From Deinococcales bacterium (GTDB lineage Bacteria > Deinococcota > Deinococci > Deinococcales > JAAFIG01), in contig JAYWGM010000079.1 in assembly GCA_043778225.1 (NCBI GenBank), positions 14,094-78,093 of the forward strand: a stretch of 64,000 nucleotides of DNA, given 5' to 3'. The notes beneath the pieces are model-generated. The model was not told the DNA's origin, made no database searches, and saw nothing but the letters and a program-made list of their open reading frames with translations. Positions 1 to 8,941 of this stretch are shown one piece after another (within the stretch, counting starts at the first letter, position 1; each line of letters starts with the position of its first letter). The translations under genes and the position numbers were made by a program.

Positions 1-1959
1 CCGCCACCTACGCTAGGCATTGTTCGGGTACAACAAGCCGCCGGCGAGGTTTTACGCAGCGTGGCGGTCAATACCCAAGTGCAATTCTCGGCAACCCTCG
101 ACGGTCAGCCGACCACCAATGTCAGTTGGAGCGTGGTCGAAGGCGCAACTCGAGGCACGATGGATGCTAATGGCAATTATACCGCCCCAGCCGCCGTACC
201 ATCGCCCGCCACCGCCACCATTCGCGCCACCAACAAAAGCGTGACGACTCAATTTGGCGAATTCCAACTGACGGTCGTCACCAGTGGCGGAATCAGTGGC
301 ACAGTTACCCTTGGGGCGGGTTTACTTGGCGCTCCAAATGCCCAAGTCCAAACAGTACGTCTCGAGCCACAAGCTGTCCGTTCGGCTAAAGCCGATTGGA
401 ATGCGCCACGAATTCAAGGTGAAGTGCTGATTGTCAGCACCAGCAACCTGCAAAGCCTCTCGAGCCAAAGTGCCAGTTTACGCAGCACCAGCAGCAAATC
501 CGAAGCTGGGTTTGTTCGCGTCCGTGTTCCAAGTGGTACAACCGACCGCGCCTTTGCCGAAAAACTCGCCCTCGAGACCGGTGCAACCGTACAACCCAAT
601 TACCGTTACCGTTTACTTGAAGCCCCAAACGATACTTTATTTAATGACCAAGCCAACCTGACCCAAATAGATGCGGCTGGTGCTTGGTTTACCCAAGTCA
701 ATGTGCCAGATAACCTGATTGCTGTGTTGGATACGGGTATCAACGCCAGTCATCCAGACTTGGTGGGGCGGATTAACGCTGGTAAAGATTTTTGCCCAAC
801 CTTTACCACTTCTTGCACAGGCGAAGACAACGACCCAACCGAATTGACCGTTGCCCAAGGTGGCGGACACGGCACATTTGCGACTGGAATTGTTGGCGCA
901 ACCACCAATAACAAAGCTGGTATTGCTGGCATCACCCAAGGCGGCAAAATTTTAGCCGTTAAAGTCTTTGGCGCAGACGCTGGCGGCGCGATTGCCGATA
1001 CCGTAGCACTTTCAAAAGGCATTAAGTACGCTGCCGACCAAGGTTCAAAAGTGATTAGTATGTCACTTGGAGTCTGTATTACCCAAGCCAATGCCTTTGA
1101 CACCCCAGATAAACTGACCGAAAATGCAATTACTTATGCGGTTGGTAAGGGTGCGGTTTTGGTGGCTGCGTCGGGCAACAACGGTGTCAATCCAAATGCC
1201 CAATGTGGTACAGATACAGCCGTGCAATTTCCAGCCAGCAACCCGAATGTGATTGCCGTTGGTTCGGTCAACAACAGCAATGCTCGCTCGAGCTTTAGTG
1301 CCACAGGAGCAGCCCTCGACTTGGTTGCGCCCGGCGAAGCCCTGACCTCGTTGCGCTTTGACAATGCTGCTTATGAACAAAAAAGTGGCACAAGTTTTGC
1401 CGCTCCACAAGTCTCAGCAGTGGCTGGTTTAATTTTTGCAGCCAATCCAGCTTTAACCCGAATTGAAGTCCAGAGCATTCTCGAGTCCACCGCTAAGGAC
1501 TTAGGTACAGCTGGCAAAGACACCGATTTTGGGGCGGGTTTACTCCAAGCAGGAGCAGCCGTTTCTAAAGCCAAAGTTTTTTCAAACCCTAATCCAGCCC
1601 CAACCGCCAAAACCAGTGTCTATATGTACGCCGACCGTCTGCGTACTGCCCCAAATCCAACCGCAGGTTGTGTGGTCGTCGAAGCCAGCAACCGCAACTG
1701 TTACGACGGTGCAAGCACCTTGGCTGGGCGTGGCGTGGTCACGATCAACGGCACAAGTGGCGCAGTCGCCTACAGCATCACCCTCTCGAGAGATGGCAAC
1801 CCATTACAACCCGGTACATACCGAGTCGTGGCGTGTGTCAATAAAAACTCCAATGCTTTAGCCTGCGACCCCGGCGACCTTGGTGCAGAAAGTAACGTCA
1901 ACATCAACTATCCAGGCGGAACTTTACCGGGCATTAACTTGACCTTAGCTGCCCTCTAA
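1..1959 (+). CDS. Subtilisin-like S8 serine peptidase with N-terminal Ig-like region (5' end outside window)
   Basis: Frame open from base 1; catalytic motifs VLDTG, GHGT, GTSFAAP. Confidence 0.93.
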   Translation, partial: PPPTLGIVRVQQAAGEVLRSVAVNTQVQFSATLDGQPTTNVSWSVVEGATRGTMDANGNYTAPAAVPSPATATIRATNKSVTTQFGEFQLTVVTSGGISGTVTLGAGLLGAPNAQVQTVRLEPQAVRSAKADWNAPRIQGEVLIVSTSNLQSLSSQSASLRSTSSKSEAGFVRVRVPSGTTDRAFAEKLALETGATVQPNYRYRLLEAPNDTLFNDQANLTQIDAAGAWFTQVNVPDNLIAVLDTGINASHPDLVGRINAGKDFCPTFTTSCTGEDNDPTELTVAQGGGHGTFATGIVGATTNNKAGIAGITQGGKILAVKVFGADAGGAIADTVALSKGIKYAADQGSKVISMSLGVCITQANAFDTPDKLTENAITYAVGKGAVLVAASGNNGVNPNAQCGTDTAVQFPASNPNVIAVGSVNNSNARSSFSATGAALDLVAPGEALTSLRFDNAAYEQKSGTSFAAPQVSAVAGLIFAANPALTRIEVQSILESTAKDLGTAGKDTDFGAGLLQAGAAVSKAKVFSNPNPAPTAKTSVYMYADRLRTAPNPTAGCVVVEASNRNCYDGASTLAGRGVVTINGTSGAVAYSITLSRDGNPLQPGTYRVVACVNKNSNALACDPGDLGAESNVNINYPGGTLPGINLTLAAL

Positions 1960-1976
1960 AATACTTCTCCCTCGAA

Positions 1977-2005
1977 CCTCCTAGCTTTGGTTAGGAGGCT
2001 TTTTC
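1977..2005 (+). terminator. Rho-independent terminator
   Basis: Stem CCTCCTAGC/GTTAGGAGG followed by CTTTTT just after the S8 stop. Confidence 0.75.
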
Positions 2006-2057
2006 ATGCTTCTCATTGCCACAACGTATCATTGGATTCTCGAGCCAACTCGAGCTT

Positions 2058-3221
2058 ATGAAACGATTTCTTTTCCCGCTTTTACTTTTGCTGGCACTGG
2101 TGGCGTGCGGTGCTTGGACTTATCCAGCTTGGGGCGTTATCTCGAGATTTGCGGCTTTTCCGGCTGCGCCAAGTCAACCGATTACTTTTTTACTGGCTGG
2201 GGTTGGGCATCATTATGTCGGCTACCACACCCGAGGTACACTCGAGAACGATTTTACGCTTGGTTTGACCGACACAATGGTGCTGGTGCAACTGAATCCG
2301 ACGCAAAAAGCCATCAAATTGCTTTCGATTCCTCGAGACACCCACGTTGGGGCTGGCAACACCACGAGGGACAAAATTAATGCTGCCATGCTTGGTGGTT
2401 TTGACTCGAGTGTTCGGGCAGTCGAAGGGTTGCTAAACCTAAAACTAGATGGCTACTTATTTGTTTCGATTGATGGCACACGTGCCTTGGTGGATGCCCT
2501 AGGCGGGGTGCGGCTGTTTGTGCCACAAGCCATGCAGTACAAAGACAGCGCCGCCAAACTCGAGATTAACCTACAGCGCGGTTGGCAGGTCTTAAACGGC
2601 AAACAAGCCGAAGGATTTGTGCGCTTTCGCTACGATAATCTTGGCGATATTGGGCGCACCCAACGTCAACAGGCTTTTTTTCGGGCATTGCTCGAGAAAC
2701 TGCAAACCCCAGAAGCGTGGGTCAAACTGCCGCAGTTAGCCAAGGTCTTTGAAACCCACGCTCGCACCAATTTAACGCGGCGTGAAGTTGGAGCAGCTTT
2801 GGGTTTTTTGGTGCAGCGTCCTCGAGTCGATACTTTGTTGCTGCCCGGTGATTTTGGGCGTTTGGGGCGCTATTCGTTTTGGATTCCAGACGAAAATGCG
2901 GTTCGTGCCTTGGTCAATTCTAATTTACGCAACAACAAAGAAATCCAAGGTCGTGACCCGTTTGAACTGAGCATTGCAATTGTGGCTACCGATACGGCTC
3001 GAGCCAAACGCGCCCAAAGCCAACTGCGGGCGGCTGGGTTTCGTTTTGTCTGGCTTGCCGACTCGATTCCCGGCGACCCAACAAAAACTGAAGTGCTGTC
3101 CTCGAGCAACTTAATTGAAGCTCGAGTGATTCGTACTCAACTTGGTGCGGGAACAGAGCGAATCAGTGGTGAGGGTGTTTTGGGTGCAGATATAACGGTG
3201 CGACTTGGGACAGATTTTTAG
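2058..3221 (+). CDS. LCP (LytR-CpsA-Psr) family protein with LytR C-terminal domain
   Basis: N-terminal TM; TDTM, SIPRDT, KINAA, FVRFR, GDIGRTQRQQ motifs; C-terminal ADITVRLG; start placed at ATG 2058. Confidence 0.92.
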   Translation: MKRFLFPLLLLLALVACGAWTYPAWGVISRFAAFPAAPSQPITFLLAGVGHHYVGYHTRGTLENDFTLGLTDTMVLVQLNPTQKAIKLLSIPRDTHVGAGNTTRDKINAAMLGGFDSSVRAVEGLLNLKLDGYLFVSIDGTRALVDALGGVRLFVPQAMQYKDSAAKLEINLQRGWQVLNGKQAEGFVRFRYDNLGDIGRTQRQQAFFRALLEKLQTPEAWVKLPQLAKVFETHARTNLTRREVGAALGFLVQRPRVDTLLLPGDFGRLGRYSFWIPDENAVRALVNSNLRNNKEIQGRDPFELSIAIVATDTARAKRAQSQLRAAGFRFVWLADSIPGDPTKTEVLSSSNLIEARVIRTQLGAGTERISGEGVLGADITVRLGTDF

Positions 3222-3422
3222 GTAATTGACCTTGCTGCACCAATTCACGCAAAGCGGCTCGGCGCTGGCTTGGGACAAAAAAGCAACTTGTTCTTCCAAA
3301 GCCACCTGCATTTTAAGCAACTCGAGGGCTTCCACCAGAACTTCGTTGGTATCAGCATAAACGCCAGCTTGGACTTGCGAAGAAACCCAAGTCTCGAGTT
3401 GAGTTGGCAAAGTAACAATCAT
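3220..3422 (-). pseudogene. Orphan, probably truncated ParD-type ribbon-helix-helix antitoxin
   Basis: MIVTLPTQLETWVSSQVQAGVYADTNEVLVEALELL resembles the ParD at 22795; ORF runs into the convergent LCP gene; no toxin follows. Confidence 0.6.
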
Positions 3423-3517
3423 GGTATCGGGGTAGCACATCAAAAGCATAAAAGCCTCGAGAAGCTAAGGCATAAGCTCGAGCCGAGAAACCCCGCCTAC
3501 ACTTGAGTTATACCAAA

Positions 3518-3937
3518 TTAACTTAATTTGGTATTAATCCGTTTTTTCACAACTGGAATATGTACTACCCATTGCTGAAGAATATGTTTGAGTGCTTCAG
3601 AGTGAAAATCAACTGCTCTATCGGTTGTGAACTTTATGCAAGCGCGATCTGGTCCAAGCCACTTGAGTATACCACTGGGGTCTTGGATGACACCAACAGG
3701 CATTTCATTCTTCTTTGCTCCCATATGAAGAATAAGCTGTAGAGGTGGCTTTCCGTTAAGGCGCATAGTCGCAAAATGCTCACCGATATAAAAGCTCGGT
3801 GCATTCCATTTAACCGCCTCACCAATCTTAGGGTCAATAGATAGGATTAACATACGAAGTTCTTGAATGTCTAGTTTCAAGGGATGGACTAGAGTTTCTA
3901 AAAATTGCTCTACAGATGGTTCTGTCGTGACTGCCAT
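3518..3937 (-). CDS. DUF1801 (YdhG-like) domain protein
   Basis: IGEAVKWNAPSF, LILHMGAK motifs; AT-rich; no CTCGAG seen. Confidence 0.8.
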   Translation of the reverse strand: MAVTTEPSVEQFLETLVHPLKLDIQELRMLILSIDPKIGEAVKWNAPSFYIGEHFATMRLNGKPPLQLILHMGAKKNEMPVGVIQDPSGILKWLGPDRACIKFTTDRAVDFHSEALKHILQQWVVHIPVVKKRINTKLS

Positions 3938-4054
3938 GGCGACCTCTTACGGATTGGTGCGTGAACCTCAAAGCGTTCAGATTTAAGCTCAAGAACCAAA
4001 GAATTGATATTTGAAACACTTGAACGACAAGGGAGATTTAGGGTTCAGTAGTGT

Positions 4055-4131
4055 TGGTGCGCCCGATCCGAATCGAACGGATGACCTAAGCGTTAGGAGT
4101 GCTTTGCTCTATCCGACTGAGCTACGAGCGC
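4055..4131 (-). tRNA. tRNA-Arg(CCT), copy 1
   Basis: Cloverleaf: acceptor GCGCTCG/CGGGCGC, anticodon loop CTCCTAA, TTCGATT T-loop, encoded CCA. Confidence 0.92.
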
Positions 4132-4292
4132 ATTATACTACGGCAAGAAGATTACCATGCCATTAAAGTTTTGTAAAAGTCCTAAAACTTGGCAATGTGG
4201 TGAAAATCTTTTATCGTAACAACGCAAAAGAATCTTGCACTCCGAAAAGAAAACCCTGTGAAATAGGAAGTTGTTTTGGTTCTTCTTTTTTA

Positions 4293-4359
4293 TTGACATG
4301 GTAAACGGCAATGACACTTAAAACGGAAACCACTGACAAACAAAACGGAAATTGACAAA
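4293..4359. repeat. Imperfect direct repeats TGACA-N4-5-AAACGGMAA (about 3 copies) abutting a tRNA 3' end
   Basis: tgacatggtaaacggcaa / tgacacttaaaacggaaa / tgacaaacaaaacggaaa / tgaca. Confidence 0.6.
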
Positions 4360-4436
4360 TGGTGCGCCGAGAGGGAATCGAACCCACGACCTAAGCCTTA
4401 GGAGTGCCTCGCTCTATCCTTCTGAGCTATCGGCGC
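4360..4436 (-). tRNA. tRNA-Arg(CCT), copy 2
   Basis: Cloverleaf: acceptor GCGCCGA/TCGGCGC, anticodon loop CTCCTAA, TTCGATT T-loop, encoded CCA. Confidence 0.92.
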
Positions 4437-4495
4437 ATGGCAGCAAGAAGTTTATCATACTTTAACGACTCTTTTTGCGCTAAACTACTGCCACT

Positions 4496-5188
4496 GTGGC
4501 AAAAGTTTTGGTGGTCGAAGACGAAGTTGAATTAGCCAATATCATCGCGGAGCATCTGCGCTCCGAAGGTCACTTGGTGGCACTCGAGGGCAATGGCGCA
4601 AAAGCCCTTGAACGAGCCAATCTCGAGGCATTTGATTTACTGATTCTGGATTTAATGCTGCCTAGCCTTGATGGTCTCGAGGTGGCTCGGCGCTTGCGGC
4701 GCTCAAGTGGCGCAACCAACGCCACTGTGCCAATTTTAATGCTGACCGCTCGAGCCGAAGAAACCGACCGTGTGCTGGGTTTTGAAGTTGGCGCAGACGA
4801 TTATATTGTTAAGCCGTTTAGCCTGCGCGAATTTCTGGCTCGAGTTCGGGCAATGCTGCGCCGCTCAAAAATTATCGAAGATGAAAGCCGCGTGGCAGTG
4901 CTGCGTTTTGGGCGTTTTGAACTTGATAGCAATGCCAGAGCCGTCAAAATTGGCGAAAAATTAACCGATTTAACGCCTCGAGAATACGAATTACTTTTAA
5001 TGTTGGCGCGTCATCCGGGGCGAACCTTTACGAGGGATTACTTACTCGAGCGCATTTGGGGAACAGAATACGATGGTTCTGACCGAGTCGTGGACACCAC
5101 CGTGGTGCGTTTACGGCGCAAGTTAAGCCATGAAGGCGAGCGGGTCATCAGTGTTTGGGGCGTAGGCTACCGCTTTGATGCAGCTTAA
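4496..5188 (+). CDS. OmpR/PhoB family response regulator
   Basis: REC (VVEDE, ILDLMLP, ADDYIVKPF) plus winged helix (LTPREYELL, VWGVGYR). Confidence 0.95.
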   Translation: MAKVLVVEDEVELANIIAEHLRSEGHLVALEGNGAKALERANLEAFDLLILDLMLPSLDGLEVARRLRRSSGATNATVPILMLTARAEETDRVLGFEVGADDYIVKPFSLREFLARVRAMLRRSKIIEDESRVAVLRFGRFELDSNARAVKIGEKLTDLTPREYELLLMLARHPGRTFTRDYLLERIWGTEYDGSDRVVDTTVVRLRRKLSHEGERVISVWGVGYRFDAA

Positions 5189-5270
5189 AAGGCAGGTGAA
5201 AAGGTCAAAAGGTCAAAGGGGAAAAAGGAGAAACATTGAACCTTTTAACCTTTTGACCCTTTAACCTTAG
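5187..5270. repeat. (GTNAAAAG)n array followed by its inverted complement
   Basis: gtgaaaag gtcaaaag gtcaaagg ggaaaaag ... ccttttaa ccttttga ccctttaa. Confidence 0.85.
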
Positions 5271-5274
5271 TTCT

Positions 5275-7302
5275 ATGGATGAGCGCTGGCGGGTTTTTGT
5301 TGCGCCTCGGATGGCGGCTGACGAACAGGTTGTGTCGTACTGGGCGGCTTACTCGAGGTCATTTTGGATAACTTTGTTCGAGGCGTTGTGGCTGGCTTTG
5401 TTTTTTCGTGGAGTGGCAGTGGTGCTGACTCGAGTTGGGGTGGTTGCACCTTGGGCAGAATTGTGGGCGCTTTTGAGCGAACACGTCTTGTGGTTTTGGG
5501 CAGCGCTGCGCTTAACGCGGCTGACCGAAGCGACTTGGTGGTGGCGGGTGTTGCGGGTAGCCATGGTTGGGGTTTTATTGGGTTTGGGTTTTGCGATTGC
5601 CAATGTTATTTTGGTTAGTTTTTTAGCCCCAACCCGTACTTTTTTTGCACTGCAAGCCATCATTGCTCCAGAGCCGGCTCGAGTTTCGTTTGAAGCAATG
5701 ATGTTGACAACTGTATTGCGCTTTGGTTTTGTTTACGCCATCCGCGAGGTCTGGCTCGAGGGGCGGCGCAATTTGCGTTGGCGCTTAACCGCTTTGGCGC
5801 TGTTTGGTGGGGTTTTTGCTGCCAGTGTAGTGGCAATTTTACCGGGTGTGATTACGCTTTTGCGCGACCCAAGCGCCCGTCTAACCTCCGAGGCGCTGCG
5901 TGATGCGACCAATCTCGCCAAGGCGTTCCAAGGCGCACTGAGCAGTGGTTCTAACCAAGACCAACTCAAACGTTTATTTAACTTTTTAGAAGGTGGTTTT
6001 GATTCACGGCGCTCGAGTTTACTCGAGGATGCCGAAAGACCACAGGATTCACGGCGCATTGCTTTACTGATTGCTGGCACTGGCGAAGTTTTAGAGTCCA
6101 ACCGAGTTGACCGTTTTTCTCAAGGCGATACTTTCCAGACCCCAGAACTTGCACCGTGGGCAGAAATTTTGATCACGGCTTCTGGCGGGCGTTGTCGGGC
6201 TTTGGTGGTTGGTTTAGAAGTGATTGCCGGTTGCCCTGCCATTTCCCAAGACCCAAATGTGCCTAGTGTGGTGCTTGGGGTGGTACAGAGTACCCAAAAC
6301 TCGAGTCCTCCGGGCGATATTGCGGCGCAGATTAGTTCAGATTTTAGCAATGCCCTCGATACCCTTTCGCAGTCTTTTTTGGCATTTTTTCTGGGGTTGG
6401 GCTTTCTTGGCTATGCGGTCAGTTTGCGATTAACCCGTCCGCTCGAGCAGCTTTTACAGGGTGTCCAAGCCCTTGAGGGCGGGCAACTCGAGGCTCGGGT
6501 TCATATTGATGGCGAGGACGAAGTAGCACGGTTATCGCAGACTTTTAATAAAATGGCAACGCGGCTTGAGGGCAATGTCTTGGCGCTGCGCCGCGAAAAA
6601 CAAAATGTCGAGAATTTGCTCGAAGCCAAAAAAGGTTTAACCGCCAATGCTTCGCACGAGCTTCGCACCCCGATTGCAGTGCTGCGGGCGCGGCTTGAGA
6701 GCGCCGAATTGCGCGGCGAAAGCATTAAACCACAGACGCTTCTGAACGAAGTCCAACGCTTAGAGCGGTTGGTTGAGGATTTGTTTGCACTGGCTCGAGC
6801 CGACCTCGAGCAAATCGAATTTCAGCAACAAGCGGTTTTACTGTCCGAATTGGTCGGGCAACTCTTAGAAAGTTTTACACCATTAGCCAAAGCCAGCAAC
6901 CTGATTTTACTCAACGATGTCCCAGAGCGAATTATCCCAGTTCGAGCCGACCGCGAACGGCTTGAGCAGGTCTTACGGAACTTGGTCATAAACGCCATTC
7001 GTTATACCCCAGAAGGTGGCATTGTGCGAATTGCAGCTCGAGCCAGAGTAGATTTTGTTGAATTGACAGTCGAGGATACTGGCATGGGCATCGAGACCGA
7101 AGATTTAAGCCGCATTTTCGAGCCGTTCTATCGTTCTGACCCAGCCCGCGCTCGAGCCACAGGCGGGGCGGGGCTAGGTTTAGCCGTAGTACGCGAACTG
7201 ATGCAGCGCATGGACGGCACAGTTCGGGCGACCAGCACCCTTGGGCAAGGCAGTACCTTTACGCTCGAGCTACCTGTGGCTCGAGAACAGCTTGAGCTTT
7301 AG
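5275..7302 (+). CDS. Multi-TM HAMP-domain sensor histidine kinase
   Basis: HAMP (LTRPL..GEDEVARL), H-box SHELRTP, N-box NLVINAIRY, G-boxes DTGMG and GAGLGL. Confidence 0.93.
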   Translation: MDERWRVFVAPRMAADEQVVSYWAAYSRSFWITLFEALWLALFFRGVAVVLTRVGVVAPWAELWALLSEHVLWFWAALRLTRLTEATWWWRVLRVAMVGVLLGLGFAIANVILVSFLAPTRTFFALQAIIAPEPARVSFEAMMLTTVLRFGFVYAIREVWLEGRRNLRWRLTALALFGGVFAASVVAILPGVITLLRDPSARLTSEALRDATNLAKAFQGALSSGSNQDQLKRLFNFLEGGFDSRRSSLLEDAERPQDSRRIALLIAGTGEVLESNRVDRFSQGDTFQTPELAPWAEILITASGGRCRALVVGLEVIAGCPAISQDPNVPSVVLGVVQSTQNSSPPGDIAAQISSDFSNALDTLSQSFLAFFLGLGFLGYAVSLRLTRPLEQLLQGVQALEGGQLEARVHIDGEDEVARLSQTFNKMATRLEGNVLALRREKQNVENLLEAKKGLTANASHELRTPIAVLRARLESAELRGESIKPQTLLNEVQRLERLVEDLFALARADLEQIEFQQQAVLLSELVGQLLESFTPLAKASNLILLNDVPERIIPVRADRERLEQVLRNLVINAIRYTPEGGIVRIAARARVDFVELTVEDTGMGIETEDLSRIFEPFYRSDPARARATGGAGLGLAVVRELMQRMDGTVRATSTLGQGSTFTLELPVAREQLEL

Positions 7303-7304
7303 CC

Positions 7305-8117
7305 TTAGGCAAAGGCTTGTTGCAAACTTGGCATCTGGCGGCTGGCAAGGTAACGCACGGTACTTGGCACACTTGGGGCAGTCACAATCAGGGCTAAGGC
7401 ACTGGTGTCGTTGATGCGGCTGACCAAAAGGCTTTTGCCTTGATACTCGAGCGAAAAACTATGTAAGTCCACGCCACCTAAATTCATCCCTAGACCATTG
7501 GAAATACTGGTCAGGGTACGCACATAGGTACCAATCAAAGGCGCTTCCTCGAGTGGTCTACCGTGTTCCGCTAAAACGCTGGCATCTACCGTGGTGGCAA
7601 TAATCAGCACCGTTTCAACTTCGGGTTTCTCGAGAAATGGCGCAAGGTGCAGTGTAAAGTCCACCCCATGACCAGTCTTTGGCTTGGCGATTTCTGGCAC
7701 GATGGCTGCCACGGCTGGTTGCACTTGGGCTTGGGCGGCAGCTTGGGCTTGCCCACTTTTAGCCAGAGCCGCATCTATGCGTGGAAAAAGGTCTTCTGGG
7801 GTAAATGGCTTACTGACCACACCTTCTGCGCCAGCTTCTTTGGCTTGGGCAGTGACTGCCGAGTCAACAATGCCGCTAATCAACAAAATTGGCACATGGC
7901 GAAAACGGTCAAGGCTTTTTAAGCGAGAGGTGAGTTCAAAGCCGTTCATGTTGGGCATCACCACATCGGCAATGATTAGATTTGGCACATCGTTGGCAAT
8001 CAGTTCCATGGCGTGTTCGGCACTCGAGGCACTCAAGACACTGTACTGACGCGGCGACAACAGGCGCTCGAGGGCTTTTCGAACACTGACTGAATCGTCT
8101 ACAATAAGGATTTTCAT
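7305..8117 (-). CDS. Response regulator with C-terminal Roadblock/LC7-like domain
   Basis: REC (IVDDS, ADVVMP, SKPF), AQ-rich linker, about 120 aa alpha/beta C-terminal domain; Roadblock call is by eye. Confidence 0.75.
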   Translation of the reverse strand: MKILIVDDSVSVRKALERLLSPRQYSVLSASSAEHAMELIANDVPNLIIADVVMPNMNGFELTSRLKSLDRFRHVPILLISGIVDSAVTAQAKEAGAEGVVSKPFTPEDLFPRIDAALAKSGQAQAAAQAQVQPAVAAIVPEIAKPKTGHGVDFTLHLAPFLEKPEVETVLIIATTVDASVLAEHGRPLEEAPLIGTYVRTLTSISNGLGMNLGGVDLHSFSLEYQGKSLLVSRINDTSALALIVTAPSVPSTVRYLASRQMPSLQQAFA

Positions 8118-8144
8118 GATTTATCGCTCCTATTTTGCCGCGAA

Positions 8145-8876
8145 TTACCTTGCAACGCTTTCAAAGTTTGCAAGTTCCATTAAAAGTTGAAACAAAGATT
8201 TTCGGATTGTTCGGGTTTGTAAATCCAAAGCATCTGGCTCGAGTTTTTCAAACGAAAAATGCCCTTGGACTGCATGGCTGGCTTGCCCAAAAAGTCGGAT
8301 CACAGCTTCTTCGCCAATTCGTCCATTATACTCAGCATGGGTTGGTCTACCTTGTGCAAAATAGATACCGCCATAAGCACCATCCATATGAATCAGCAAT
8401 TTTCCAGTGCTGTTGGACTTGGCTAACCACTGCACGAGATTCAGTAAATCGGCATCGTCCAAAGAACCTCCAATACTTGGAGCGCGTTCTTGACTGGCGC
8501 GAACTTCGCTGTGGACTTGTTGTAAAACCTCTTGCACAAGCCGCTTGGCAATCAGGGCAATGTCATTAGGGTTGGAGTTCGGGTTCATCACCAAATCGTG
8601 TTTACGCATTTCAAATTCGCTTGGTTTTTCGGTTGCCAATAAAATAAACCCAGTCGTCACAAGGCTTGGGTCACCACGCACGATTTCATGTAAATCACAG
8701 CCGCTCATGTCCGAGAGTTCGCTTTCAGAAATCATCACATCGGGTTGTGAGCGCTCGAGAATACTGGCGGCGTGCATGGCGGTTGGGGCAATCTCGACTT
8801 CAAAATCGCTGTTGCGTAATGGTGGCTCGAGACTCCGCACCCGATTGGGGTCGGCACTGATAATCATGGCTTTCAT
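8145..8876 (-). CDS. Pseudo-receiver plus DUF4388 (PATAN-like) protein
   Basis: GSLDDADLLNLVQWL..TGKL..GIYFAQGRPTHA..GEEAV..GHFSF pattern; REC lacks the phospho-Asp. Confidence 0.8.
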   Translation of the reverse strand: MKAMIISADPNRVRSLEPPLRNSDFEVEIAPTAMHAASILERSQPDVMISESELSDMSGCDLHEIVRGDPSLVTTGFILLATEKPSEFEMRKHDLVMNPNSNPNDIALIAKRLVQEVLQQVHSEVRASQERAPSIGGSLDDADLLNLVQWLAKSNSTGKLLIHMDGAYGGIYFAQGRPTHAEYNGRIGEEAVIRLFGQASHAVQGHFSFEKLEPDALDLQTRTIRKSLFQLLMELANFESVAR

Positions 8877-8882
8877 GCTTCA

Positions 8883-8941
8883 CCCATGCAGGACTGGTTT
8901 GTTCCCATGCAGGACTGGTTTGTTCCCATGCAGGACTGGTT
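8883..8941. repeat. 21-bp tandem repeat x2.8 (CCCATGCAGGACTGGTTTGTT)
   Basis: Exact copies at 8883 and 8904, partial copy at 8925. Confidence 0.95.

Noticed and set aside
3955..3962. attR-like duplication of the tRNA 3' end (TTGGTGCG)
   Set aside because: Only 8 bp match, which is compatible with chance.
8883..8941. Possible CRISPR array
   Set aside because: The repeats are directly adjacent with no spacers, and no cas genes are in the window.
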